64,000 nt of DNA from Plasmodiophora brassicae (GCA_036867785.1 CP145424.1:124001-188000), one strand, 5' to 3'; shown: positions 38,013-52,099, numbered from the stretch's first letter. Notes: generated from the letters alone by a model not told the origin. Numbers and translations: made by a program.

Positions 38013-39470
38013 ATGGCGACGCCCCGTCCCACCCTGACGCGACGAGCAGCGGTCTGCCGGACTCGTCGCCGACTCCCACTCCACCGATCAAAGCTGGCAA
38101 ACTCCCCGCTTTCACAGGGGACAGGGCGCACGATGGCCTAACTGCTAGCCAGTGGTTCGTGTTGTGTATGCGCCGCCTTCGCCTTGACCCACTGTCCACG
38201 GCCCCGCTGCCGGACTACGCGTTCGACGCATTGTCCTCGGCACTTCAAGGCCCGGCGCTGACCGTCGCCGTCGACGTCATGGTCGCCGGGTGGATTGCTG
38301 ACCTGTTCACCACACTACTGCGTTCATTTCCAGACGTTTCAACTGTTCGGGCGAAGGCGGCCTTTGACTCCTGTCGGCAACAAACGCCGGATCTGGAGAG
38401 CCACGTCCGCCAGTTCCAAACACTATACCGCCAAGCCCTCGCATCGTCTAACGGCGACTTCACTCTGGGCGGCAAACTCCTAGCCGACAAATTTGTCTCG
38501 TCTCTACATCCCGCCCTTGGCATGGCTGTACGCCCATGCCAGCCGTCGGCGCTCGACGCTGCGATCCAAAGCGTACTTTACATGGACCCCCACGTGTCGT
38601 TCCGTGCCGCAGTCACTGCCGCCCCACCCACCGTCCCGACGCCGACTCGTCCCAGCAACGTCCTCGCACCCGGCACATCCTGTCACGGACCACTCTCACG
38701 CCCGAAGAGGGCGAACGCTGCAACAGTCTTGGCCTCTGCCTCTACTGTCGGGAGGCCGGCCACACCATTGCGGAATGCCCGACACGTCCACCGCGCCCAC
38801 CACCTGCGCCCGCTCCGCCGAACGGCACGGGTGAATGAGTCGGTCCCTGTGCCATCCACAATACATCACCTACATCGCAAAACCCCGACCCCTCCATGTA
38901 CGCGGCTAGCCTATTCCCTACCTACCGCCCACCCCTCTTCGTCCTCCCAGTTTTTATCCATCCGGCGACAGGCTCCGCCATCCACCTATCCGCACTGGTA
39001 GACAGTGGAGCTAGCCACAACTTCATCGACCACGATATCGCCACGGCAATGGGCATCTCACTCGTCCCCAAATCCACTCCGGTCTCTCTACACGTTGTGG
39101 ACGGACGACCGCTTTCCCCTGTCCGCCTCAAAACGGCCCCGACGACGCTATCAGACTATGACCACATGGAGTCACTCTGTCTTAATGTCTTTTCGTCACC
39201 ACATGCTGCCCTCATTCTGGGCCTACCATGGCTCCAAGAAAACAATCCAATGATTGACTGGCGGACCTACTCTGTTCAGTTTACTCGAAGTCCGCCCACG
39301 TGTCAACGTATCCCTGATCCACCCCGTCCGAGCTCCTGCGACACACCGCCCCTTGATCAAGATCCGAGTTTACTCTTTCTTGCCACTTCCTCCGACCCAA
39401 CTGTCGTGGACCAAGCTGTCCCCTCGGATTCGCCCACGCGTCCCGTGCCCTCTCGAACCAACTCACCTTA
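38013..39470 (+). pseudogene. Degenerate Ty3/Gypsy gag-protease fragment
   Basis: Frameshifted gag with zinc knuckle '[14 protein letters not shown]'. Protease 'ALVDSGASHNFID..VVDGR..LILGLPWL..NPMIDW'. Confidence 0.88.
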
Positions 39471-40604
39471 CGATGGCTGAGATCACGGATCAGGGCGAAC
39501 CATCGACGCTGCTCGGCATGCGCATCCGTCGCGAACCTGCCACCGGCGCCATCATGCTCGACCAGGCCGAGTACATCGACAAGGTGTTGAGCGACTTCAA
39601 CATGCCACATTGTCACCCGGTCGACACGCCACATCAACCTGGCGTTCACCTGACGAAATCGATGAGTCCACAGACGGACATCGAACGGGACGAAATGACG
39701 AACAAGCCCTACCTGAAGCTCATCGGATGCTTGACATGGCTCGCCCATCGATGCCGTCCGGATATTGCGTATATCACGAACGTCCTCGCCCAATTCTCGT
39801 CGAACCCCGGCATCTCCCACTGGCGCGCGGGGCAACGCGTCCTCAAGTACCTCGCCGGCACGAAGACGCACGGCATTCGATACGAACGGCAACTCGAGGA
39901 TCGCCTGGTCGCTTACGCCGATGCCGACTGGGCCTCGGATGCGGACACGCGACGTTCCCGTTCCGGTGATATCATTCTGCTGGCCGGCGGTCCCGTGCAC
40001 TGGCAGTCGCGACGCCAGGACCTAGGCGCCGTTAAGGTTGGTTAGTCTGTCGTCAACGCACGCTGAGATCAAATCGCTCTGCGCTGTTACCCGTCAGCTG
40101 TCCTGGATCCGGTCGTTCCTGGCGGAGATCGGCTTCCCGCGTCCCGGCCCGACGATCGTACACGAAGACAACCAAGGCGCGAAGGCCTGGTCTGGCTACC
40201 GTCGGATGGACGATCGAACGAAGGATATCGAGGTCCAGTTCCACTACACCAGAGAGGCAGTCGAGGCCGGTCTGATTGTGGTCCACAAGTGCCCGTCCGC
40301 CGAGATGGCGGCCGACTACCTGACGAAGCCCGCCCTCAGCACTTCTTATCACCCGAACCTGATCCTGGCCGGCATCATCGACACCGGTACCAGGGCGTGT
40401 GCTGCTGGAGGGGGCGTGTCAAACAACATGTCCAGTACAACCAGCAGCACATGCCTGCAGCACCCCGTCACGCATTCCGAAACTCCGCGCTCGCCGCCGT
40501 TGGCAGCCGTTTCGTCGCCGGCGACTACGTCGCCACTGTAACGTCCACAGTGCCGTTGCGCAAACGCCGTACGAAATACACTCACTTCGTTATTGTCTTC
40601 CTTA
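39471..40604 (+). mobile_element. 3' fragment of a Ty1/Copia element (RT end, RNase H, PPT, 3' LTR 40417-40604)
   Basis: 'CRPDIAY', 'YADADWA', 'EDNQGA', 'TKDIEVQFHY'; frameshift near 40040; GAGGGGGCG PPT followed by TGTC. Highly similar to 40925-42050. Confidence 0.92.
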
Positions 40605-40666
40605 GGGTTGTCCTTTGAAGATGACGTGAGGACGCAGTAGTGTGCCGTTAGCTGTCACAGCGATTA

Positions 40667-40924
40667 GAGCATCTCCAACGCGGGGCCTATATCTATGAGT
40701 TACGCACAGAATTTACGCAATAAGCGGGCTTTAGACCACGATTGTCCCCACCGCGGAACCCGCGCAATCTATGAGCTATAGTTCGTGGTTGGTGGTGGCG
40801 GGCCCCGCATCATCTCTGCAATGGGGGCTGGTCGTGGAAGATCTCGATGGCTGAAACGATTCCGTCAACAAAGTTGGTTCGAGGATGATCTGGGAGCAGC
40901 GCATACAATGCTCTCGTTCCTATC
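40667..40924 (+). mobile_element. PIF/Harbinger-type 5' end, truncated by a Copia LTR
   Basis: TTA followed by GAGCATCTCCAAC, a classic PIF/Tourist-type TSD plus TIR start. A short ORF start follows and is cut at 40925. Confidence 0.6.
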
Positions 40925-43900
40925 TGAGAAGGACAATAATGAAGTGGATGTATTACGTACGGCGTGTGCGGCGGACGTTACAGTGGCGACGTAGTCGCCG
41001 ACGGTGTAACGGTTGCAACGCCGGCGGGCACGGAGTCGCGGAGTGCGTGACGGCGTTCACGTGCTGCAGGCATGTGCTGCTGGTCGTAGTGGATACGTTG
41101 TTCGACACGCCCCCTCCAGCAGCACACGGCCTGGGACTTGTGTCGATGATGCCGGCCAGGAGCAGGTTCGCATGATACGAGGTGCTGAGAGCGGGCGTCG
41201 TGAGGTAGTCTGCAGCCATCTCGGCGGACGGGCACTTGTGGACCACGATCAAACTGGCCTCGACGGCCTCCCGGGTGTAGTGAAACTGCACCTCGATGTC
41301 CTTCGTGCGATCATCCATCCGACGATAGCCAGACCAGGCCTTCGCGCCTTGATTGTCCTCGTATACGATCGTCGGACTGGAGCGTGCGAAGCCGATTTCG
41401 GTCAGGAATGACCGGATCCAGGCCAGCTGGCGGGTAACAGCACACAGCGACTTGATCTCTGCATGTGTGGACGATAAGCTAACTTTGACTGCGCCCAGGT
41501 CTTGGCGACGTGACTGCCAGTGCACGGGGCCGCCAGCCAGCAGGATGATGTGGCCGGAGCGCGACCGTCGCGTGTCAGGGTCGGATGCCCAATCAGCGTC
41601 GGCGTATGCGATCAGACGATCTTCGGGCTGGCGTTCGTATCGGATGCCGTGCGTCATGGTGCCGGCGAGGTACTTAAGAACGCGTTGCCCCGCACGCCAA
41701 TGCTGGATGCCGGGATTCGAGGAGAATTGGGCCAGTACATTCGTTATGTACGCGATGTCGGGACGGCATCGATGGGCGAGCCATGTCAGGCAGCCAATAA
41801 GTTTGAGGTACGGCTTGGTCGCCATTTCGTCACGGTCGAGGTCGCTTTGTGGACTCATTGTCGTTGATAGGTGAACGCCAGGCTGGTGCGGCGTGTCGAC
41901 CGGATGACAATGCGACATGTTGAAGTCGCTCAACACCTTCTCGATGTACTCGGCTTGGTCAAGGGTGATGGCGCCGGTGCCAGGTTCGCGTCGGATGCGC
42001 ATGCCAAGCAGGGTCGACGGTTCACCTTGATCGGTGATCTCGGCCATCGTGGAGAGCTTCTCGAGAACGGATTCCGCGAACGGGACGTCATTGTACGCCA
42101 GCAGACCGTCGTCGGTGTGCACCGACATGATCATGAACTTTCCATCGCGATCGTACCGGAAGACGCAGGGGTCCGCGATGATCGATTCGAATCCGAGTGA
42201 TAACAGCATCTCCCGAAGCGTCTTGTACCAACGTTCGGCGCCTTGTTTCGTTCCATAAAGGGCCTTTTGCAGTTGACGAACTCGGTACGGGACGTGATGA
42301 TCGGTGAAGCCATCCGGCTGACGAATGTAAACATCATGGAGCATGTCGGCGTTCAGGTATGCGGCCACCCAGTCGACCTGGCGAAGATGCAGGCCGTGCT
42401 GCGCCGCGAGCGCTAGGATAACGAGGAACGCAGTGGCACGGGCGGTCGGCGCGAACGTATCGTCGAAGTCGATGCCGGGGCGTTGTCGGAAGCCCTGAGC
42501 ACAGAGTCGGGCGGTGAACTTGCGGATGCCACCGTTGCCACTGAGCGAGGACTTCACTCGGAACACCCACTTGGCGCCAACAGCGATCTTACTTTTCGGC
42601 AGGTCGATTAGCGGGCCGAACGTGTCCTTGGCGTCCAGTGTTGCCATCTGGGTGACGGCGGCGTCCCACCAGTGGCCAGCGAAAGGTGATGAGAGGGCAT
42701 CGACCATTGAGTTGGGTACGGGAATGTCGGTCGCTTTCAGCTTCGACAGGTCGGGTCGTGGTAGACGGGCTGGGTCGATCGGGGCGGATACCTTGGCTCG
42801 ACATGCCTTGGCAGCGGCGCCGCGACATGTCGGACGGTTGGACCTGATGGCCTGATCGATCAGACGGCGCTCCTCAACCTGCTGCCAATGCCGGATCAGT
42901 CGGCGGGAGCGACGAGGAGGGCGCTGTGTCGGGAACGTTAGGGTCGGATTCTGGAACCAGGCGTCGACCGTCGAGGACCACCGTGTCGACGAACGATTGG
43001 CCGCCTCCGGCGCCTTCCACCATTCACCAGGCGGTTGACGACGACGATTCGATCGGCGAGGGCGTGGCACGTCGATGACATTGTGGTCAACGATATCAGC
43101 AGCATCGGAATTGTCGTGGACGTCGGGGTCGGCAGCTTCGTTGGGAGAGTCGTTGCTGGACGCCGAACCTTCGTAGTCGGGATCATCTTCAGCGTCATCA
43201 TCATCTTCGTCGGTGGATACGTCATCAGGAGACGGTGAGCGCGACGGTCGGACGATCTCGGAAGGCGATGACGCAGCGGCAGGTGACGGAGGCTCGGGAG
43301 GGGATGCTGCGAGAGAGGATGCTGACGTCGATGGTAGAGGTGCCATGACGGCGTCGGAAGAGACGGGCGTCGGGACGATCGTGTCAACGTTCGGCGCAGA
43401 GCTCGACTCGGGACTGGACGGTGGCGCTGATGATGAACTAGCAGGGCTGGATCTTCCAAAGCCGAATGTGAACGAGGTCTCCAGGAACTCGGCAGTCGTG
43501 CTCTCGAACGTGTCTTCCCGGTCCACGTCGTAGAACCGCCAAGCCTTCATGCCGGGCGTGAAACCGATAAACACAGCGCGAACACGACGAGGCTCCAACT
43601 TGCTCGGCTTCTTCGTGGCTGGATGCGGTCGCATGGCATAGGCATCGCAACCGTAGACACGAAGGGCCGAGATGTCAGGTAGGGCGCGACGAGCAGCCTC
43701 GAACGATGTGCGACGCCCGGGAAGGACTGATCTCGGGTGGATGTTGTACAGTATCGCAGAGTAGGACAGCGACCAGGGCCACGTGGAGTCAGGCATGCTA
43801 GAGTGGCACCGGATTGAGCTTTCGATACCTCAGAGCGTGTGGTTGACGCTTTCAGCGCGGCCGTTCTGCTCGGGCGTGTACGGGACAGATTTGCGGTGCA

Positions 43901-46900
43901 GGATGCCGGACTCGTTGTAGAACAGGACGCACGCCTTGGAGTTGTACTCGCCGCCACCGTCAGTCTGGAACGTCCGGATACCACGTCCTTCCTGGTTGCG
44001 AAGACGCGCGTCATAGTGCTTGATGACGTCGAGCGCCTCCGATTTGCGACGTAGCAGATAGACGGACAGGTACCGAGAGGAATCGTCAAGCATGGTCTGG
44101 TAGTACTCAAAGCCGCCGACACCGACGACAGGCCACCGTCCGGACAGATCGCTATGGACGAGATCGCCAACACGACGCGCGCGCGACGTACTGGGAGGGA
44201 ATGATGACCGTTTGCCCTTGGCGAGTAAACATGCAGCGCATGGACATCGATCTTGCGGCCTCGGGATTGGCCCGTCGAACTTCATGCCACGACAACGTTT
44301 GTGCAGGATGCGCAGGTTGCCGTAACCCAGGTGGCCGGTTCGAGCGTGCCAGACAGCTGGAGCTGCGGCGGTGACCTTAGCGACGCGGCATGAGACGCTG
44401 GATGCGATCAAGGAGCAGACTCGGGCGGAATGAAGTGTGCCGGGCGCGGAGGTTGGAGCGGATAATGGAATCCGGTACAGGTTATCGTGTCCTCGTTGAC
44501 TGACGGCCACTGGCTGACCGACGGGCGCCGTCCAGTTGGCCCCCGAGTAGATCTTCGCGGTATCGCCGTCGAACACGATCTTGTGACCTGATCTGGTGAG
44601 CTGGCCAACTGATACTAGCGCTTGGCCAAGTCGGGGAACGTGCAGCGAATCGATACTCGTCGCCTGGACATCCATGCCGAATGACGTCACGCCTCGACCG
44701 GAAGTGGTCGTACGCGACAGATCGGCTAGCTCAACTTCCGGTCCGGTGCCTTGGCGATAGCAGCTGAGATGTCGGCGCAGGGGCGTCATCGTCGTGGAAC
44801 ACGCTGAGTCCAGTAGGCCTACTGAGTTCGCGTACACGTCGATGGCGTGGCGTGCCGACAAAGCACGCATCGGCTCGGGCGCCGGATCGATCGGATGAGC
44901 GCCAGACGTTGGATACTCGTTGGACGTTGGTGAGGATGTATTGCTTTTCGCGTTGCTGTCGCGGTACCAGATGTGTCGTTGCAGCGTGCATTCGCCGTTA
45001 GTGTGCTTGGATCCGGGATGGAAGACGCAGGACTCGTTGCGTCGTGGTCCACGGGGACGCGTCGATGTGGCACAACTGGAGCGGTTGGCCGTTTGGAACG
45101 CGTCGTGTCGGTCCCGCACGTCTTGGACTCTGATCTCCTCGCTTGTCAACGACCCGACGACCTCGGAGACACTGTGCAGCGTGTCCAGAGCACGATTGTG
45201 CAGGCCAGCGACGACGGCGTCGAGATCGGATGATGCGTTGGCCAAGATGAGGACGGCGACCAATGCGTCGGTGAGGGACAGCATCTCGGTCGGTACCGTC
45301 GACCGGACGCGATGAGCCGCTGCTTGAACTCGGGCGGCGTACGTGGCGACCGACTCGCCGGGCATGTGCTGGACCGTGACGAGGTCGCGGACGGCGCGCA
45401 CGACCGATGCCAGCGACGACGGGCTGTACGCCTGGAACAGCACGCGCCAGCACTTGGCAGCCGAGCCTGCCTGAAACAAATGTCGAGGACCATGTCCTAC
45501 CACCGGTACACGATGACGCTGTGACTGTGCGCGGCTGTGTCACGTCCACAACAGAGGCTCCGCCACCGTCGCCGTTGCCGGTAACGGCTTTGGCAAGCCC
45601 TGTTACACTGCGTTACGTCGCCATCGTCTCGCGCCGATGTCAGTGGAATAAATCACTTCGTTATCGTCTTCATCAGATTAACAGTCGTAACAGCGCTCTG
45701 GGCGTCTCGCTCGCGTCCAACGTCATGGCCGATCGCGGCCGAACGGCGGCGGAATCAGATGTCCAAGATCTCGACGCGCAGCTCGCTGAGGCCGAGCGAC
45801 AGGAGAAGATCGCGCGCATCGCATTCCTGCGACAGCAAACCGCATCGTACTCCTGCATCGCCACGACGCCGACGACGCAGCCTCGCCCAACCACTGTGGA
45901 CGGCGTAGTGCGTCCAGGTACAGATCGCGTGCCTCCGCCTCGGTTCGACGGCAAGCACGAATCGTTTGCCGCTTGGGCGCCCGCCGCCGCGTCTTGGTTT
46001 ACCAACCGTGGATTCGCGGGAATTGTCGGCATCGACCTGGACGGATCGCCGACTCCGAGTATCCCCGACAATGTGGACGAGGATCTGGAGGCAACTGCTC
46101 GGGAGATACTCTTGTTTCAGATGGTCGACAAGACCGTTCTGATCGGCTACAACTTGCTGTACGCCGGTACATCGACGCAATGCTGGCGCGCTCTCTTCCG
46201 CATGCTGCGACCCTGCACGTTTTCGTCTGTCATTCGTGCTTCTAAAGATTTGTTCAGTGTTCGACAGCAAGCCGGTGAATCGGTCGCCTTGTACGCGGCT
46301 CGTCTGCAAGCCGCTGCCCAACGTTTCCGTACAACAGTCCCGAACGACATGCTTCACATGACGGATTCCTTCCTGGCTGTCCTGATGGCTGGCAACGCCT
46401 CATCAGAATTGGACACGGCCGCATCCAACCTGCACAGTCGTGGACTCGAACCGCGGCCTACCGTCACTGAGGTCGCATCAGAAGAGCAGCGCATTCAAGA
46501 GGCTCATGCTGACCGGGAGATATCGTTCGCAACGGCGAACCGTGCAAGCGCTACCGCACACCCGATCAAGGCTCCCGAACGCGATGGACTGTGCGTCCTA
46601 CATACGACCTTGAGGAAGCCGCACACGAATGGCAACTGTTTCCTACAGCGCTCGTTGTGGCGGACGACATCGAATACATCGTCGCAACCCGATCAGTACG
46701 TCCCGGTTTGCGCCATGTCTGCCCGTCACCCCGCCGTAGACAACAGTTCCGTCGGCCTGCTGTCGAGGACCATGTCCTACCACCGGCACACGATGACATT
46801 GTGTGGGTGCGCGGCTGTGTCACGTCCACAACAGAGGCTCCGCCACCGTCGCCGTTGCCGGTAACGGCTTTGGCAAGCCCTGTTACACTGCGTTACGTCG

Positions 46901-48363
46901 CCATCGTCTCGCGCCGATGTCGGTGGAATAAATCACTTCGTTATTGTCGTTCTTAGATTAACAGTCGTAGCGTTCGCGCGCTTCGAGGCGGCGAGCCCGC
47001 CGGCGCCCGGCGCGCCGGTGCCATCCAGAGCCAGTCCCGCGTCACTGCGTCTCTGCCCTGACCCTGCTTCTGCACAACGCGCCACGAACGCCCACTCCAG
47101 TCGCGCCACGCGCCAGAGAGCCGAGGCAGATCGTGCAAGCAAGGCAGGCCGTCATTACGGGAATCCAGAACCAGTTCCGGGACGTAAGCGCCAGGCGTAC
47201 GCCGGTCGTACGGGCCTCAATCGCTTGCCTCAACCTCTTCTCGATATAACGTTGTCCGCCGGCGCCTTCGGCGTCGGTGTCGTCCCGAGCCAGGTCCTTC
47301 AGTCTCTGTCGTCACTGTCGACTCCGCCCCAGCATATCGCGCCATACATGTCAGCTCTAGCTACGCCACGATCAGTCTCGTGTCGCGTCAACAAGCCAAG
47401 ACATACAAGCACGAGCAAGGTCGTGTTGTACATGATCCAGAGTCGAAGATCCAGCCGGGACACGTCCGTTCGACCTCCAACGGCACGCAAGGACCATGTC
47501 CTACCACCGGTACACGATGACGCTGTGACTGTGCGCGGCTGTGTCACGTCCACAACAGAGGCTCCGCCACCGTCGCCGTTGCCGGTAACGGCTTTGGCAA
47601 GCCCTGTTACACTGCGTTACGTCGCCATCGTCTCGCGCCGATGTCAGTGGAATAAATCACTTCGTTATCGTCTTCATCAACAAAGACAACGCGGACGCGA
47701 TCTTGTGGTCCAGCATGTGGACGAGTAGAATCTCGCGCGCGGCTGCCTCGAGAGCTGGGTCGTGTGCCGTACCGGTTGTCGCAGTCGGCGAGCCATCTTC
47801 GTTGATCCCGATGACGTCCGCGTACCCACGATTGCGAAACCAGAGTGCAGCTGTCTGAACCCAGGACGTGAACGAGTCGGGAGTACCGTCGAACTTGGGC
47901 ATGGGCAGTCGGCCTGCGTCGCTTCGGCTGTGCGCCTCGGCGATGATCGGCATGGCCGGGGTCGATGGACAGCTGGTCGGACGCGCCAGCTGCTGCTGCA
48001 GGACACGGAGACGGTCGATCTTCTCCTGCCTGGCGATCGTTGCCTCCGCTTCGGCAATTCGGGTGTCGATCTCCTCGAGCGACAGATGACGCAGCGGGTC
48101 GTCATCCGTGTTAGGCGTCGCCTGGCGCTCAGCCATGGCGAGTAGAGGCTCAGCGCCTGCGCCTATACGACTGTTAATCTGAGAAAGACAATAATGGAGT
48201 GGATGTATTACGTACGGCGTGTGCGGCGGACGTTACAGTGGCGACGTAGTCGCCGACGGTGTAACGGTTGCCAACGCCGGCGGGCACGGAGTCGCGGAGT
48301 GCGTGACGGCGTTCACGTGCTGCAGGCATGTGCTGCTGGTCGTAGTGGATACGTTGTTCGACA
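40925..48363 (-). mobile_element. Ty1/Copia element, LTR type A (5' LTR 48180-48363, 3' LTR 40925-41107); gag-pol interrupted by an insertion at 45481-47679 and a frameshift near 43830
   Basis: 184/183-bp TG..CA LTRs, PBS GATTAACAGTCGTA and PPT GAGGGGGCG. Domain order PR (LLDSAC) - IN (VHSDL..TDGGGEY..EQNGRAE) - RT (KWVF, ARLCAQGF, HTDD) - RH. Confidence 0.95.
45481..47679 (+). mobile_element. Internally deleted Copia, LTR type B, with three LTRs (45481-45675, 46761-46955, 47490-47679) and truncated gag 45725-46760
   Basis: Perfect TSD ACAAA (45476-45480 and 47680-47684). The empty site is visible in the uninterrupted copy near 63830. PBS follows LTR1 and LTR2. Confidence 0.93.
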
Positions 48364-51300
48364 CATGGAACAGGGGCTACCCCGCAAGTGGAGGCGGAGG
48401 CTCCGAAGGCTTGCCTTCAAGAGATGGAATGTCTGGAGAACGAAGATGGGACCAGATCCGGCAGCCAAGGTCACACCTTGCCGAACGCGGTTAAGGCAGG
48501 GAGCGCGACCGTACCGTTGTAAGGCGCGGAGGTACAGCAAGGAACAAAGTGAGTTCCTGGAACAGTTCGTATCCCTGTTGAAGAAATACGGGTTGGTCTA
48601 TGAAAACTACAACAGTGAGTGGGCCTCACCGGTGGTTGTTGTTCGGAAACCCGGGAACAGAGGATGGCGAATGTGTGTTGATCTAAGAGAGGTCAACATG
48701 TTGTGCGAAGCAACTGCATGGCCGATGCCGTTCCTAGAAGCCATTGTGCAACACTTGGCAGGATCCAAGTATTGGTTCTCTTTGGACGCATTTAAGGGCT
48801 TTTGGTTAATGCCTCTGGCAAAGGAATGTCAGGAAATATTCTCGTTCGCGACAGACAGGGGAATATACACTCCTACCAGAACAATTCAGGGAGGGTTGAA
48901 TTCGTCGCCTCAGTTCCAGGCACGGATGGCAGAAATATTCTCCGAATTACTGATGAAGGCACTCATCATCTGGATTGATGACATTCTGGGGCATGCTAGA
49001 ACTGAACAAGAATTGTTCAGAGTGTTAGACATGACACTGCATGTGGCTGAGAAGCATAACCTGAAATTCAATCTGGATAAGTGCGACTTCTTCTTGAGGA
49101 AGGTGAAATTCGCAGGGCGTATCTTCACGCCAGAGGGAACCACCCATGATCCAGAGCGAATACGAGCGCTGCAAGAAATGCAGACTCCCAGGACTGCAAG
49201 AGATTTGCAGCAATTCCTATATGCGGTACAGTGGATGAGCAAGTCAATACCGGAGTACAGCCGTATTGCCTTACCACTGCAGGAGATTTATGAGAAATCC
49301 ATGAAGGATCAGCCGAAGCGTACCAGATCGGTCACCGGGGGAGTAAGACTGAAAAGGCATGGCTGGAGTGAACTGCATGACACAGCTTTTGAAGAGCTGA
49401 AGGAATTGATTGGGAGGAACACCCAACTAGCATATCCAAGGAAGGATATGATCCAGTGTGTGTTTGCAGATGCAAGCAAGTACCACAGGGCAGGAAGGGT
49501 AACGCATATTCCCATGGAGGACAGAGATCTTCCAACCTGGGAGGCCCATCACCAACCATTGGGTTTCTCAGGCCACAAATTCGCGGGTTCAGAACTTAAC
49601 TGGGCGACTCCAGATAAGAAAGCCAGCGCACTGTTGGATGTAGTGGAGAAACTGGAGTATCTCCTACAGACGGGAAAACCATTCAGATTGTACACGGATC
49701 ACAGGAACCTGATGCACATATATGACCCACAGAAGTGCACGCAACCAGCAGCGGAACGGCTGGAGCGCTGGGGTATGAGGTTGCGGAAGTACAACTTCGT
49801 CATTGAGCATATTCCTGGGGATAAGAACGTGTGGGCTGACCTGCAAACGAGATGGGGTGCAGAAACTGGTCTCGGAAGAGATGCTGATTTGGAACACCAA
49901 ATCGACACCGGACGGGTAAAGTACGGAGACACCACAAATGTCTTCCGAATACTCCGAATTCGAAGTGATGAGGATCGGGACAGTTATCCGGAAGCTTCGA
50001 ATGGGGGCGTGGGGAATGAGGATCAGGAGATACATCCGGAAACCCATGACCGCGGTGTACCCAATAACACGGGTGTGGAGAATGAGGATCAGGAGATACA
50101 TCCGGAAATCCACAAACGTTGGGGGCAATTCGCTGAGAAATTCAGAATCCAACCCACACTGGAAGAGAAGCTTATCTGGCCTACAGAAACTGAAATCAGT
50201 GAAAGGCAACTGAAATTCTTCACGAAGGATAAGCTACGCAACCTGAGGAAGAACGAGGCTGGGTTATGGGTAAACCAGCGAGGACAGGTTGTGATCCCAT
50301 CGGAAGATGTGGAGATGAGAGTCAGGTTGACGGTTATTGCACATGCTGCAGGACTTGCACATCGTAGCATTAACCAAATGACACTTCTACTGCGAAGTAA
50401 ATTCCTCTGGAATGGCATATCAGCGGACATTAAGCAAATCGCGAAGAACTGCTTACACTGCCGACCCACACGAGGTGGTGAGGTGCGTCCACGACCACTG
50501 GGTCCAGCATGCCATGCTAAAAGACGGGGAGAGGTGAAGAGGCGGGACATGATTTCAAATGGATACTGGTATTGAGAGACGACTTCTCGGGACTCGTACA
50601 CCTAGTGCCAACGATAGTACCTGACAGCTTGGTCACGGTACAGGCACTGATGGAATGGAGGTCCAAGAATGGCACACCTAAGACAATTGTGTCAGACCAG
50701 GCATCATACTTCATGTCAGAGGTAACCAGGGAGTATAACAAGCTGTGCAATGTGAAACAACATTGGACGACGGCTTATATACATTACCCGAACGGAACGG
50801 TGGAAGTGGTCAACAGACATGTACTGGCATTATTTCGTACAATCTGCTCAGACTTGAGATGGCAGAAGGAAGAATGGCCATGGCTGCTAAAGGTGGTGGA
50901 GCATGTGCTCAACCACCGGCCACAGCAACGACTTGGGGGCCGAGCGCCTGTGCAGGTTCACAGCGGGCTGGAACCTGACAACCCTCTGGATGGAATCTGC
51001 ATCAACCCCGTCAGGGAGACACAAATCAATGTCACAGAAATGACTTCTGATGAAATTGTGAAGCTCACTGATGAGCTAATAGCCGCGCTGAATCAGATGC
51101 ACAAGGAAGTCGCTGATCTCAGTGAACGCCAGAGAGCACAGCGGCGACAGAGGGTTTCGGAAAATCGTATCCCGCCGAATGTATATCCGGGAGATTTCGT
51201 CCTTCGAGCAGAAACGCTCAGAGCTGGTGAGAAATTATTTCTCAAATGGAGAGGTCCATATCGTGTCACAGACGTCCACTCGGGATATGTCTTCGAGGTC

Positions 51301-52099
51301 GAAGACATAATCAGTGGGGACAAACACGTGGTACATGGTAGCCGACTTCAATTCTACTGTGATAAGAACCTCAACATCACGGAAGAGCTCAGGGAGCAAA
51401 TCGCCTATGACAACGCCAAATGGGAAATTGACACGATATCTGATGCACGCATGAATCGTGAACAAACCTTGGAGTTACTCATCAAATGGCGCGGCTTCAG
51501 CGAGGATGAATCCTCATGGGAGCCAGCTCGAATCATCATTGAAGACCAACCACGAATGGTGCAGGAATTCATCGATGAACACAAAAGTCATGCATTGGCA
51601 ACAGTGTTGCAGGACATGATGCCGCAACAATCCAATGTCATGAATCGTAGGTCATCACAACCGAAACAGGTGAAGGCCAAGCGGAAGTCGACGGGTAAGG
51701 CAGAAGCCAACGCCAAGCGTCGACGGCGCCGCAACTGAACACCGCACAGTTGTAGCCACTGGGCAAAATAGTTTTTAGTGGGTTTAGCGGGTGAGCACGA
51801 TGCAAGCCCCGCAGTACCTTGAAGTGGACTTCATGGTCTCAGGGCCGCTCGACATCGTATCGTCGAGGTCCAACGCAAAACGATTGTTGCGACGGACTAG
51901 GGAAAACATAACCTACGGAAGAATGATTCCCACATAATTTTTTCTAGCAAGCTTAACTACAACATGTAATGTGCAAGACACGATTTATTCTGTACAGCAA
52001 GACGTCTACAGCGCCAACAACAGGGTCAAAGCGCAACAGGGGGACTTTAGCTTGACGAGGGGAGTGTATCATATGCACAGCCTAGCTGCTGAAAAACGC

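Noticed and set aside
40953-41150. Copia pol ORF reading through the PPT into the 3' LTR as a novel extension
   Set aside because: Pol running into the 3' LTR is common in Copia elements.
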